Source of the DNA: a virus
Taxonomy: Duplodnaviria; Heunggongvirae; Uroviricota; Caudoviricetes
Reading direction: 5' to 3' (one strand)
DNA: 64,000 nucleotides
IMG/VR virus record: IMGVR_UViG_3300035042_000139
Positions 19,501-29,329 of the stretch are shown piece after piece. Position numbers and translations under genes: made by a program. Below the pieces are notes generated by a model. It was not told the origin of the DNA. It did no database searches and saw only the letters and a program-made list of their open reading frames with translations. Position 1 is the stretch's first letter; the number at the start of each line of letters is the position of its first letter.

Positions 19501-22331
19501 TCCCACTGACTCATAGCCTGTCTATAGCTATTTGGTTCGTAGTGGTCTATACTTTCACCCATCCATGGAGTTGAACCTAATATCCAGTACCTACCCTTTC
19601 TGACCGGGTCCTCTCCTGTATTGAAGTAATCTACCCACTCTTTTTCAGTTCTGCCGCTGAATGTTCCGACAGAATTTAGGGCTTCCATACCTATTGTTAA
19701 AGGAGCTAAAGGTCCCATGAAAGGAAGCTTATTAACACTTGCCTTTATACCTTCATTTCCCGGAGTTACCCTATCAAAAAATTTGAAAGCACTTGTAAGG
19801 CCTGTTGCATCTTTAAACTTTGATAGTCTTAAGGTTGCATTTGCCTTTGTTCTTTCTTTGTGCTGTTCTAGTGTGTATCCACTACCTGATATTTCAGACC
19901 AGTAATCGCTTGTATATTTTAAAGCTGTAACACCAGCGTAAATCGGCATAACTCTTTTAGCCATAATGTTGCCAAATGTTGATAAAGGTGAGCCCATACT
20001 GTCATCTGACATAGCAAGAGGCATAAAATCAAAATGCCTTACCATATCATTTAGTCTGTGCATCATACCGTAAGTTAAAAGAGTTCCCTTATTAACTTTG
20101 GACATGTCATTTCGTCCGCCGGTTATAACTGACTTCCAGTCGTTTAAAATCTTAGGGTTGAACTTCTTTACCGGAAGTACATCTCCGTGGAAGTTTTCTT
20201 GGAATTCCTTAACCCTTCCGAAGCCAAAAGCAGGGTGTGTTTCTTTTAGTGAATCTTCAATAGCAAGCCTTACATAAGGGTCTTTCTTGCCTGCTAGAAT
20301 CTTAGTGATTTCAGCTCCATCAAATGATGAGCCGTCCATAGAACCGCTTATTTTAAAGCTTGCAACTGATTTATTTATTTCAACAAATTGGGCCCCTGAT
20401 ATCTCCTTATTTTTATACATTGATTCTGCAATCTCTAGGGTTCTGTCACTACCCCTTAGATTAGTTACCTTCTCTGAGATATCTCTTAAGAGCCTGTCTT
20501 TACCTTCGTTCAGTTTGTTTCCGGCAAATATTCTTTTATTTTTTCTCTGAGTTGATGTATTAAGAATATTATAAGCCCTTGCCCTAAGAGATGTATCATC
20601 TGGCATCTTAGCGCCTTGTTTACCTAGATGCTCTTTTGTAACTTTAATATATGATTCAACAAGGTCATCTTCTGTATCAAATTTTAATCCCTTTAGTTTT
20701 GAGCTGATTTCTGTACCATCTAAATCACGAAGGACCTTTTCTAACATCTCATGACCAAAGCCTGATGATTGATGTCTCATATACTGTTCTAGGTCTTTCA
20801 TCATTCTGTAATCTATTTCCGGTAGAACAGATAATGCTGTGCCGGACTGTATTTTTTGAGCCATATCTTCTGTTACTGTAAAGAGCCTGTTCATTTCATT
20901 TTTGAAATATAGTGGGTCTTTAGATTTTGTAAAAATAGATTTAAACTTTGTTAAAAGCCCCGGCTGTCTCTTGCCCCCTACATCTAAAAGCCAATTGTAT
21001 GCCCTTTCATTACTCCAGTCAGGAGCGTTAACTCCAGACATACTTGACACTAATCTCTTAGTAGAGCCGTACCTTCCTGAAGCTAGGTGGAAGCCTTCAG
21101 CCAGAGGTTTTGACATATCATTTAGTCTGTATATGTTATCTCCAACAGAAATTAATGACTCTTTTAAAACTCCGTCTTTTCCTAAAACTCCATAGCCTTC
21201 AAGTGTTGGTACATTGTAGCCTGAACGAATCAGTGTTCCAGCTCTCTTAGAGAAATCATTCATGGCCATTAAGTCTCTCTGGTAAGTTAAGTGACCTAAA
21301 ATACCACCAGAAAATCCTGAGCGAATATTTCTGCCAAGCTTTTTGAAGTTTCTGGAATCAACAACCTTACCTTTGTACATGTATAGGCTGTCATCTACTA
21401 CAAACTTTTTAAAGTCAGCACCGTGGTTTATCTTTAAAGTGTTTAAAAACTTTCTGCTCTCATCATCTAAAAAGTCGTCACCATAATTTAAAAGGTCATC
21501 CACCGTTGCGTTTTTGTATCCAAAAATATTATTAAACTTTTTCTTTATAAATGAACTCTGGGACTGCTGGTTTTCTACAATCTCATCCATCATTTTCTTT
21601 AAGGCATCTGCCTGAATATTATCTACATTCTTTGGTCTGGCCTCTGAAGCCCCTGATATACTGTCAAATATCATTTTTTGTGCACTATCTCTAATTTCTT
21701 TATTAGCTTCATTAAATGAGTCTAATTTTGCAAGTGCATAGTTAACTTCTTTTTTATCGCCAGAACTTAGCTTTGAAAGTCTGTACTGGTTTTTTTTCTG
21801 AAAATCAGAGGCTATTTTGGCTAAGTCGCCTTCATTATCTTCGATAAATTTATTTAAATTCTTATTTGCCTGAGTGCTGATAGCATCTCTTTTTAATGCC
21901 TTTTTAATTCCGTCAATAACATTTGTTTTCTGTTTTCTTAAAATATCTATATGTAAGTCGTCTGTTCTTTTTGCAATACTTTTATATGTACTTCTAAAAT
22001 GGTCTACTGCACCCTTTGGATTATTAAATACATCAACAGCGTTTATAGCTGTATCAACACCCTTTAAAACTCCGTGCCCGGAACCTGACACATATCTATC
22101 CATTGTGCTTTTGAAGGCTCCAAAGGCAGCATTTGTGGGCTTTGCTACACTCTCTAAAGCTCCTATTATACCTTTGGGGTGAAGTGTGTGGGCTGCAAAT
22201 GCACCTGCTGTAATTGCGGCTGCACCTGTTAGAAATTTATTTGTTTTAGACCAGGCCATTTTAGACTGTCTTTTTTCTTCTCTTTGCTGGAGGCCTTTTT
22301 TATACCTCTCTATGTATCTGTTTGCAGCCAT
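16506..22331 (-). CDS. Giant tail protein in the tape-measure position, with Gly-rich hydrophobic segments and a degenerate SNase-like domain
   Basis: 1941 aa immediately after two tail chaperones; FWATLSGATAGAITGLLLGG...FGAVAAGVG segment. Confidence 0.55.
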   Translation of the reverse strand: MAANRYIERYKKGLQQREEKRQSKMAWSKTNKFLTGAAAITAGAFAAHTLHPKGIIGALESVAKPTNAAFGAFKSTMDRYVSGSGHGVLKGVDTAINAVDVFNNPKGAVDHFRSTYKSIAKRTDDLHIDILRKQKTNVIDGIKKALKRDAISTQANKNLNKFIEDNEGDLAKIASDFQKKNQYRLSKLSSGDKKEVNYALAKLDSFNEANKEIRDSAQKMIFDSISGASEARPKNVDNIQADALKKMMDEIVENQQSQSSFIKKKFNNIFGYKNATVDDLLNYGDDFLDDESRKFLNTLKINHGADFKKFVVDDSLYMYKGKVVDSRNFKKLGRNIRSGFSGGILGHLTYQRDLMAMNDFSKRAGTLIRSGYNVPTLEGYGVLGKDGVLKESLISVGDNIYRLNDMSKPLAEGFHLASGRYGSTKRLVSSMSGVNAPDWSNERAYNWLLDVGGKRQPGLLTKFKSIFTKSKDPLYFKNEMNRLFTVTEDMAQKIQSGTALSVLPEIDYRMMKDLEQYMRHQSSGFGHEMLEKVLRDLDGTEISSKLKGLKFDTEDDLVESYIKVTKEHLGKQGAKMPDDTSLRARAYNILNTSTQRKNKRIFAGNKLNEGKDRLLRDISEKVTNLRGSDRTLEIAESMYKNKEISGAQFVEINKSVASFKISGSMDGSSFDGAEITKILAGKKDPYVRLAIEDSLKETHPAFGFGRVKEFQENFHGDVLPVKKFNPKILNDWKSVITGGRNDMSKVNKGTLLTYGMMHRLNDMVRHFDFMPLAMSDDSMGSPLSTFGNIMAKRVMPIYAGVTALKYTSDYWSEISGSGYTLEQHKERTKANATLRLSKFKDATGLTSAFKFFDRVTPGNEGIKASVNKLPFMGPLAPLTIGMEALNSVGTFSGRTEKEWVDYFNTGEDPVRKGRYWILGSTPWMGESIDHYEPNSYRQAMSQWEYTDTVYGSRENYWAHSWMPTPTEPLAPVKRFVTDRYWFEKMHLKDRPYPLTGEMFDPNTPWGTLLNPTIGRILKPQIKLSAGATDEDLERIEKNNAYAKDVIARFSGGDLQLSTYIPKYTMSTNVGVATGGGRIGSGNVMVNGVAGNKANSNAVGVQGGGPGGSGAAIRLTENPESSGLVVNGQNYSLKDLKNINQSIIDKSGKISRINKKNILNTGFTMSYYEPREEGELALDVQSPTDIGYSMERTLDIFKDITGARGFLASMVTGGDDYGEGQAVLATASDAYAASSRFWDTGLGGRGGELSEIFRRFINKRPGLYKVINDIPNTMPGWMPDRFRTGDPYTEVNRGEIRLPGEAYESMNKLHPDEYGRYGAVDRAAILADIAPYSQEYKLWSKIASEQNLSQEAKEFLAQAKEQKEEANKKYHMTPYKFLGQDIERESAIVEKFLDSSRFTVKGSDRIYRLAGVNTNFNAETEEGKNTLNILEQTMMPGSEITLLASKDSNPNASTPAVVYSQDSNVNRRLLDSGVQAKEEDGAIDTYVNLGVGGRALGRIWEGVAHAPIPIVHNKFFNVRSPMEHYKDYQVYGKEWQSWNEPVDDLLVPSFQSAWARNPFWATLSGATAGAITGLLLGGPGVRKAMSGFGAVAAGVGSIARSQYELETGKAWIPERREEERKIWEYYDLLKFVKNKRLYNKYVDVAKKEENVDVEKIISEMEEIDERLKKKEEMLEGFSKHLLRYGISKEDTVQKRINSEGRVEYNLVTEKEFIESKRKEILQELRDTKAEEVLVGLGPYARMAVKYRQEYRSTLFGLDGSSTFQQMFSAFPSKDREYLQHFSKVTDEKEREEILKIVPDNQKRAYKILWGMETEKESLIDMFGEYALPDENWFGWREGADLEDSMIKLIENNGYDPKDFGLWKDYTVEEELTPAPVEYGRRFDRKSSGFIRTRLEEVLTDYDIRDVDIKITPREDNSININFDMVQDVTGKIQLEIQRALGG

Positions 22332-22342
22332 CTATTTCACCT

Positions 22343-22975
22343 CTATCTTTGTCCGAAAAATGAGGAGCCTCTGTTTTGCGGCTCTTGAACCTCATCGCTT
22401 TGCTGATGTGGAAGCTGGTGCATAGGCATTAAATTCTGGATAATCCATTCAGCCCTAGTAAAATAATCTAAAAGTTTATACATGTCCCAGCCCCTAATCT
22501 CTTCTAAAGTTACATGAGGAAAGGCTGTTATTATAATGTTTTCCATTTGTTTGTCAAAATCATTTGCTATCACGGAACGATACTCATTTGCTTTTGCTTT
22601 TAAAAGGTCGTTATTTGTAAAACCAGATACCTCTTTTATTTCCTTAAATAGCACATCAGGAATCCCTGCATAGTCCGGATTTTTGAAATCGTAATCCCTT
22701 GGATATAATACACAGATTTCCGATATTTTCTCTGCAAGACAAACTTCTTTAACACCTGGATTATTTAAAATATACTCAAAATATTCAAATTTTGTAAGGG
22801 GCCTGAAAACAAATTCAAGCCCTTTGATGTTTATTACAAAAATATCTTTATGCTCTCTTTTAAGCTCTACTATTTTCGTCTTACTTTCAAGAAGAGAACT
22901 ACTTTCAGTTTTTTGAGGTTTTATGCCGTCATCTTTTATTAAAGATTTTAAAAATCTCTTAATTTTTTTTAGCAT
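22343..22975 (-). CDS. Tail assembly chaperone (G-like domain plus T-like extension)
   Basis: FVFRPLTKFEY...EICVLYP...AGIPDVL...SGF is paralogous to the next ORF; precedes the tape-measure-position gene. Confidence 0.6.
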   Translation of the reverse strand: MLKKIKRFLKSLIKDDGIKPQKTESSSLLESKTKIVELKREHKDIFVINIKGLEFVFRPLTKFEYFEYILNNPGVKEVCLAEKISEICVLYPRDYDFKNPDYAGIPDVLFKEIKEVSGFTNNDLLKAKANEYRSVIANDFDKQMENIIITAFPHVTLEEIRGWDMYKLLDYFTRAEWIIQNLMPMHQLPHQQSDEVQEPQNRGSSFFGQR

Positions 22976-22989
22976 ATTAAATCCCCTCT

Positions 22990-23361
22990 TTACAGCTTTT
23001 TAGCTCCTGTTGTTGGTAAGAAGCCTGATTTATTCATAATCTGGTCTGCTAAAACAGCAGGAACACCAGCTTTACCGTCAATAATATCATCATGGCTGTA
23101 GTTTTCTGGCCATAACACACATAGCTCTGTTACTCTTTCTTCTCTGTAGAAGTCGTCCTGATTACCTTCTGCATTAACAATCTTTTTAAACTCAAGTCTT
23201 GAGATTGGTCTCCAGATAAAAGTCTCTGTATCGAATTCTGTCATGTAAATATCTCCACCGAATTGGTTCTTCCAGTTTTCTACAGCGTCTTTTGTTGGCC
23301 CACCCTCAAATACCTTGTCTGTTCCTTTTTCCATCTGATTGTTGAATTGTTCTTTTGCCAT
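22990..23361 (-). CDS. Tail assembly chaperone (gpG-like)
   Basis: FIWRPISRLEF...ELCVLWP...AGVPAVL...SGF; between the tube genes and the tape-measure-position gene. Confidence 0.65.
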   Translation of the reverse strand: MAKEQFNNQMEKGTDKVFEGGPTKDAVENWKNQFGGDIYMTEFDTETFIWRPISRLEFKKIVNAEGNQDDFYREERVTELCVLWPENYSHDDIIDGKAGVPAVLADQIMNKSGFLPTTGAKKL

Positions 23362-23393
23362 TAATATAACCCCCTTAAGGTTATGTAATATTT

Positions 23394-24134
23394 TTATGCT
23401 CTATCTAAATCTTGTGCTAGAAAATTATAAACTTCTTTGATTGGTTTACCACTGCCATCAATGACCTGTGATAAGCCTGTTATCTGTATATTATTTATTG
23501 AACGGACTGTGCCGTTATTAACATTTTGGTAATAGTTTAATTCTTTCTGATTGCCAAAACCCTCTTTAGCATAGAGTCTATCTTTGCTGTAAGGACCGTA
23601 AGTTATTAGAATGTCAAAGGTTTCATCTGAATTATCTTTTGACTGAAAAAATGCTTTATTATCTCTGCTGTAGTTTATATTCTTGTTGACTCCGCCCCAG
23701 ATTTTATCTTCATATTCTGTGGCCATCCTGTCGAATTTTGTGCTCCAGCCTCTTTCAAGGTATTCATAAAGCTTATCTCTTTCTTCAAGCTCGTCTTCTA
23801 AATAGCCCTCATTTACATCCTGCTCTTTTGCTATATAGTTTTGAGAGATATCAAACTCACTTTTATCTTCTATAACCTCTCTGATAGCCTTTCTTAAATA
23901 GTCAGCTTCTTTGAAGTTGATTGCAAATGTGCCCTGTACTATTCTTGAACCTCTTGCTACAGCATCATAGGTAAAAGAATTATAGCCGTGTATAGGTAAA
24001 ACCCTTTCCTCCATCACGAACTGTAAGTCTGTGATTTCATCGATTAGTATATCTTCAAAATATACCCTGATATCACTGCCAGAAAAGTATTCACTTGGAA
24101 ATCTTTCGTAATTAACGCTTGGTTGTGGTTGCAA
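23394..24134 (-). CDS. Tail tube-like paralog 3 (tube initiator candidate)
   Basis: YFSGSDIRVYF...ARGSRIVQGTF matches the tube motif FSGSDI...RGRRGIAGSL. Confidence 0.6.
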   Translation of the reverse strand: MQPQPSVNYERFPSEYFSGSDIRVYFEDILIDEITDLQFVMEERVLPIHGYNSFTYDAVARGSRIVQGTFAINFKEADYLRKAIREVIEDKSEFDISQNYIAKEQDVNEGYLEDELEERDKLYEYLERGWSTKFDRMATEYEDKIWGGVNKNINYSRDNKAFFQSKDNSDETFDILITYGPYSKDRLYAKEGFGNQKELNYYQNVNNGTVRSINNIQITGLSQVIDGSGKPIKEVYNFLAQDLDRA

Positions 24135-24139
24135 TATTA

Positions 24140-25249
24140 TCAGCTCCCATAAATATATTTAGTAACGTTTGGATACCAGTTCTCATTAAGATGGTGAGCA
24201 TCTCCAGGAGCGTAATTGCTTCCAAGATAATAAAGAAAATCTTTCTGTTCTGACTCGCTCAAATCATTAAAGTTGGTACTCAAGCTTCTGTTGTTGTTTT
24301 CAAGCCAACCTTCCCACCAGTCAGTTACAGTAGTTGCAGAGCTTGCGGCAAACCAGGCATTTGTATTATCTTTTAAGTCTAGGTTGTCGACCACATTATT
24401 AAAAAAGTCATTGTTTGACTGATGGACAAATTTATATCCGTTAGATTTAAAGCCTGTTGTTCCGTAAGGAACTGAGGCCCTTTTTTCAGGGTTTTGATGG
24501 TTTATGTCACCCTCTGCATAGTTAATAGCAGCAAGTACTGTTGCCAAACCTTCATTTCCTATAAACTCTTCTATTCTCTTTTCATTGCTTGCTCTAATTT
24601 CATCATACGGAGTGTTCTCATTAACTTTTGATGCTACTTTTGTTTCTTCAATTTTTTGATTTTCTGGTACCTGATATGTGTAGTGGAACTCTTTTTCCAA
24701 CTCTCTTAGTGTCATATCCTTATCGATATTGACCTCTCTGCTTTCTGTTACCGGGTTATAATAGGATAAAACTCCAGGCTTTTTTTCGGAGTCTACCAAA
24801 ACAATATCTTGAGCAACGAAAGAATACTGCTCATTTGTCTGCAGATTATCAACTGTCATGACCTGATTTCCCTCTACAATCTCAACACCAAATAATGCTA
24901 TATGGGTTTTGTTGCCGTACTCATTAGCCATTGTTATATCTATTGAAAATGCAGGCAGTTCATCAGGTATAATATTAAACTTTTTTGAATATATTTCTTC
25001 TACAATTTGATTTATTATTGACTTTTCAAACATCGTAAAGATTAAAGACCCGGCTACTGTTCTGCCAGCTTTTGTATAGCCCTTTGCATTAACATGGCCC
25101 AGTGCTCTTACAGGAAATTTATCCCTGTAGGTACTAAAGCTTATTGTTGCAAGTTCTCCAAAAACTAAGGGTTCTTTTTTTACAAAGTCAGGAAATTTAA
25201 AAACACAGACTATATCAGTACCTGCATATCCACTTTGATAAGTAGGCAT
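24140..25249 (-). CDS. Tail tube-like paralog 2 with C-terminal lysozyme-like domain
   Basis: N-terminal YAGTDIVCVF...GRTVAGSLIF; C-terminal LAAINYAEG...YAPGD...NENWYPNV. Confidence 0.6.
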   Translation of the reverse strand: MPTYQSGYAGTDIVCVFKFPDFVKKEPLVFGELATISFSTYRDKFPVRALGHVNAKGYTKAGRTVAGSLIFTMFEKSIINQIVEEIYSKKFNIIPDELPAFSIDITMANEYGNKTHIALFGVEIVEGNQVMTVDNLQTNEQYSFVAQDIVLVDSEKKPGVLSYYNPVTESREVNIDKDMTLRELEKEFHYTYQVPENQKIEETKVASKVNENTPYDEIRASNEKRIEEFIGNEGLATVLAAINYAEGDINHQNPEKRASVPYGTTGFKSNGYKFVHQSNNDFFNNVVDNLDLKDNTNAWFAASSATTVTDWWEGWLENNNRSLSTNFNDLSESEQKDFLYYLGSNYAPGDAHHLNENWYPNVTKYIYGS

Positions 25250-25267
25250 TCAAACACCTCTTTTCTT

Positions 25268-25302
25268 AAAAAAAGGGCATGAAACTCTCGCCTCACACCC
25301 TT
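25268..25302 (-). terminator. Intrinsic terminator after the major tube gene
   Basis: AAGGGTGTGAG/TTTCATGCCCTT stem followed by a T run on the minus strand. Confidence 0.55.
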
Positions 25303-25322
25303 AAGTTTTGTCAATTATTTTT

Positions 25323-26003
25323 CTATCCTACTGTTGTAAATGGGTCTGGATTGTATGTGCTTGGTCTGTCCTGACGATTTCCAATTCTATCAACAGGAGT
25401 TAGTTCCTGAATGTCACGGCAGACGAATGTATAGTTTTGACTTGTTGCTAAATCATCAACACTAACACCCATACCCTGATTTAAAATTTCTACATCTGTA
25501 AGAGTAAGTTTAGCTCTTGCTCCCGTCTCATTAACGAAGTTTACTGTTATGTCGAAGGGCATTAGCTGGTCTGCATACTCTACATCATTTGTAAACTCAG
25601 TAGCTTCTAGTAAGCCCTGGTTGTTTGCTGTTCTGCTCATCATATCGTTAAATGATTCTGGCTGATAAAGGTCTCTTCCACCAGGAAGTTCTACGAATCT
25701 TTCTCCTGTTTCAGAAGATGCTTTATAGGAGTAGTATCTTGCAGCTTCTCCATCTATAAGTGAACTACGTCCACCCTTTCTCATTTCAGCAAGCAGTGCG
25801 TTTCTATCAAAAACACCAAACACCAAAGAACCTGCAATACCTCTGCGTCCACGAGCAAATCCTCTTGGGTTTTTAAAGCCCATTGTATAGTTTGGAGCTT
25901 TTTCTCTAGTGACACTCCAATTGATACTTAAAAGTTCACCAATTACACGACCGCCAAAGGTCGCTGTTATATCTGAACCTGAAAAACTCTGATAGCTAGG
26001 CAT
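25323..26003 (-). CDS. Major tail tube protein
   Basis: Directly after the sheath; SFSGSDITATFGG...RGFARGRRGIAGSLVF. Confidence 0.75.
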   Translation of the reverse strand: MPSYQSFSGSDITATFGGRVIGELLSINWSVTREKAPNYTMGFKNPRGFARGRRGIAGSLVFGVFDRNALLAEMRKGGRSSLIDGEAARYYSYKASSETGERFVELPGGRDLYQPESFNDMMSRTANNQGLLEATEFTNDVEYADQLMPFDITVNFVNETGARAKLTLTDVEILNQGMGVSVDDLATSQNYTFVCRDIQELTPVDRIGNRQDRPSTYNPDPFTTVG

Positions 26004-26069
26004 AATTTTCCTCCTTCTACTTTTTAGAGAGGGGGGCTGCCCCTCCCTTATTTGTGTTTAAAATATTAC

Positions 26070-28718
26070 TTAGTCAAGCTGAGCATTGATGGAAACAACT
26101 GTATGAATCTTCTGTAATTCTCCAATAGGTACTATATCCAGCTCGACAACCATTCTTCCCATTACTTTATCTGAAGGACTCTGAATTAAAGTATAATCAA
26201 AGTCTGCAATAGTATTTTTCTTTTTCAGGGCATTATAAATATCGGAATCAAGAGAGTTTCTCTTCTCGATTGTGTTACCCTGTCCGATATATGGGTCATA
26301 GATATCTCTTAATAAGTTGATTGCATTAAAGACAATGTCAACTGTCAAGTATCTTGTCCATCCTGAATTTGGCTGTGCACATGTCAAAGCAGAAGCTACT
26401 TTTGGTACTCCGCCTTTAACCATAAATACTACAAGTTTGTTTCCTGCTAAGAGGTTAGCCTGTGTATTTGACAGTTTGTATGCTGAGCGTGCTCCAGGAA
26501 CCTTCTCGTTTGTAGGAGAGTTTGTCTCTGCAAGTTGTGAAGCTAATCCAGCATATAGTGCTGCTCCGTTTTCTGGTGATGCTACAGCTAAGTTTCTGTC
26601 AGCAACCAAGAAGTCATGAGCCACAACTGAGATAAATTTACCTACATCAACTTTATTTCCTTCTCTGTCTCTGATTTCGTTCCCGTTATCATCTGTCAGG
26701 AAGTAGTTTGTATCAAACAACTGCAGTTCTTTAACTCTGTTGATTACATTAATTCTGCTTGGCTTGCTTAAAGGCTTAGTTCCGATAATACCTCGGATTT
26801 CATTGTTTCTAAAGAACGCCTTGGCACAGAAGTTTGCAAGCTGCTGGTCGAATTTCTTAAACTCGCTGGCAAGCATATCATCTGCATAAACGCCCAATGG
26901 AACAACAATGTCAGCTTCTTCATCTTCTAAGAGGATATCGTAAGCTCCAGGTCTCTCTTCAGAGCCTCCTAAAAGCTCGTAGATTTCTTCTTTTGTGATG
27001 TTGATGCCGTCTTTACCTTTGCTTAAGTAAGTTGCTGTTCTAGCTGTATTACCTTCTGCATTGATTTTGACATCAGGTGTTTTTAGGTTCATTGCTGAAA
27101 TAGCTACATACTCTTCAGGAATGCTTAATCTTACAACATTGTTTGAAGGATGAGCGTTTACAGCTGCAACCAGTTCACCTAGAGTGTTAATTACATCTCC
27201 AACAGGGAATTCAATAACTAAATCCTCTGTTTCGATTCTCTTTTCTTCAGGCTTATAAAGCTTTAATACCTTTGAACTTACATTGTAATATTCGTAAGCA
27301 TCAGCTGTTGCTGAAATATCATCAGGTCTAAAAGCTAAGGCATTGTCTAAAATTGTGATAATACCATTTGCCCAGTTAACACTGATATCGCCGTTGGCTA
27401 CTGTTAAGGTGCTTTCTGAAGCATCAGTTCTTGTGATAGTTATTCCAAAAGCGTCATTTGGAACAATGTATTCATTGTTAAGTCTTGCTTTTGTAGAAGA
27501 GATAACATTCAACTCTTCACCAGCCTCAACTGACTCAGTTTTGTTTCCTAATTCATCCTCATATAAAACATCCTGCATCTCGAATTTAACCTTGTTGTAT
27601 AGGTTACCTCCGTAAACACTTTCTGCTTCTATTTCTGGCTGAATTAACTCTTCTTTAGAGTAGTAGTACTTAACATAAACATCTTCATTAAGCTCTCCTA
27701 CACCAGCATCAATAAAGACTCTGGATGTGTCATAGCTTGTGTAGTTTACGTTGTAATGTACTGGGTCTACCTCAATTCCTCCGACTGTAACAACCATAGC
27801 TTTAGAAGCGTCAGCTGTATGTTCTAGGTCAACAAAGAAGCCGCTTCCTTCTGCATCAAATGAAGCCTGAGCTTCTTCTTCTGTTAAATCCTTCCAGTCA
27901 TACTCGAATTCGATAGTTTCTGTTTCTTCGATAGCTCTTTCAAATGTTACAATACCAGCCTGATAGTCAATGCTGTAAGCTGGCTCTTCTAAGACACCAG
28001 TGTCGCTCCAGGTTAAAATATCGCTTCCTTCGATTAAGTTTTCATTGTCAAGCTTAAACTGAACACCCTCTCCAGTCATATCTTCTGGAGTGGCAGCTGT
28101 TACATTATAGATATTTACATCTACTTCTTTGTAATAAATATCAATAACTGCACCAGAGTTTGCTGCATCTTCATGAAGTGTTACTGTACCAGCATTGCTG
28201 TTTACAGTGTACTTGTATGAATTAAGCATTGCTCCATCTGCATATACTGAAACATCGTTAGCATAAACATCATCAAAGCCCTCTTTTACAACAAGCTCTA
28301 AATCAAATGTCTGCTCAACATTCCCTGCATACTTACCCGCATATTCTCTAGCCTGATAAGTTTTTGTCTTAAGCTCCTCGTTCATTTTGATAGAAGCTGA
28401 TGCATGACTTCCAGATACTCTTAAGAGAGTTACGTTTGTAGCACCCGCTCTTAAAGCTCTTTCATAACCTTTCATCAAACTAGCACCATTATAAGTTTTT
28501 GTTGCCTTGTCATAATAGCGACCGAATGTTTTTTCACCATCGTTAAAGGATTCTGGACTGATTGGCTCTAAAACAGGTCCATCGATTGCTGTACCAATTA
28601 AGTACACGTTCTTGCCACTAAGACTGTTGTTTTGCATGTTTTTAATCCCGTCTCTTAATTCCATAACACTACCAGGTAGGTTATTGTAAAAATCGGGATA
28701 AATTCCGGTTCCAGGCAT
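26070..28718 (-). CDS. Tail sheath protein with inserted beta-sandwich modules
   Basis: N-terminal LIGTAIDGPVLEP; C-terminal VASALTC...RYLTVDIV...PYIGQGN...VELDIVPIGELQKI. Confidence 0.85.
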   Translation of the reverse strand: MPGTGIYPDFYNNLPGSVMELRDGIKNMQNNSLSGKNVYLIGTAIDGPVLEPISPESFNDGEKTFGRYYDKATKTYNGASLMKGYERALRAGATNVTLLRVSGSHASASIKMNEELKTKTYQAREYAGKYAGNVEQTFDLELVVKEGFDDVYANDVSVYADGAMLNSYKYTVNSNAGTVTLHEDAANSGAVIDIYYKEVDVNIYNVTAATPEDMTGEGVQFKLDNENLIEGSDILTWSDTGVLEEPAYSIDYQAGIVTFERAIEETETIEFEYDWKDLTEEEAQASFDAEGSGFFVDLEHTADASKAMVVTVGGIEVDPVHYNVNYTSYDTSRVFIDAGVGELNEDVYVKYYYSKEELIQPEIEAESVYGGNLYNKVKFEMQDVLYEDELGNKTESVEAGEELNVISSTKARLNNEYIVPNDAFGITITRTDASESTLTVANGDISVNWANGIITILDNALAFRPDDISATADAYEYYNVSSKVLKLYKPEEKRIETEDLVIEFPVGDVINTLGELVAAVNAHPSNNVVRLSIPEEYVAISAMNLKTPDVKINAEGNTARTATYLSKGKDGINITKEEIYELLGGSEERPGAYDILLEDEEADIVVPLGVYADDMLASEFKKFDQQLANFCAKAFFRNNEIRGIIGTKPLSKPSRINVINRVKELQLFDTNYFLTDDNGNEIRDREGNKVDVGKFISVVAHDFLVADRNLAVASPENGAALYAGLASQLAETNSPTNEKVPGARSAYKLSNTQANLLAGNKLVVFMVKGGVPKVASALTCAQPNSGWTRYLTVDIVFNAINLLRDIYDPYIGQGNTIEKRNSLDSDIYNALKKKNTIADFDYTLIQSPSDKVMGRMVVELDIVPIGELQKIHTVVSINAQLD

Positions 28719-28743
28719 TTTATTCCTCCTTACTGAATTTTAA

Positions 28744-29316
28744 TTACTTTATTCTGTCTTTTATATATTGATAATTATCAACACTATCGTTTACTGCTGT
28801 ATCAATAGAGCTGATATTTTCAACTGGTAATTCTAAAACCCTCTCATTTCTAAAATAGTAATGAAGTGGTTGTTTTATAAAATTATTGTCTTTAACCTCT
28901 ACTATCTTATCCTCAAGCTGTTCTTGAAATATAACTTCAAGCATCCCCTCTTCCCTAAACTTATCTGTATATCTGAGCATAAACTTCTCAAACCACTCTC
29001 TTTTATCATCGACAGTCTTATAGTCTTTGCCCCAAATAGCAAATTCTATTGTTCCTGCAAACATCTGAGAGTATTTAAGCATTGTATTGTCTTTGTCATT
29101 TTTATCAGGGTAGCTGTCTTTTCTTCTGGGCTTATGGCCCTGATATGGCTTTCTTTCTTTTATCCTGTAGGTTATACAGGGAAAGCTTATATCTTCGATT
29201 AGGTAGATTGATGTCTCGGGATAAAAAGTAAAATCCTGATTTATTTTCTTTCCTATGCTGTTTATTAGACTTAAAAAATGCTTGACTGTTGTTCCTTCTT
29301 TAATCTCTGTAGTCAC
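28744..29316 (-). CDS. Putative tail completion/terminator protein
   Basis: Position between the two sheath genes; FPCITYR...IEFAIWGKD pattern. Confidence 0.45.
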   Translation of the reverse strand: MTTEIKEGTTVKHFLSLINSIGKKINQDFTFYPETSIYLIEDISFPCITYRIKERKPYQGHKPRRKDSYPDKNDKDNTMLKYSQMFAGTIEFAIWGKDYKTVDDKREWFEKFMLRYTDKFREEGMLEVIFQEQLEDKIVEVKDNNFIKQPLHYYFRNERVLELPVENISSIDTAVNDSVDNYQYIKDRIK

Positions 29317-29329
29317 TTACTCACCACCT

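Noticed and set aside
22960-23000. Programmed -1 frameshift between the tail chaperones
   Set aside because: The second ORF has its own RBS and ATG and repeats the whole G-like domain
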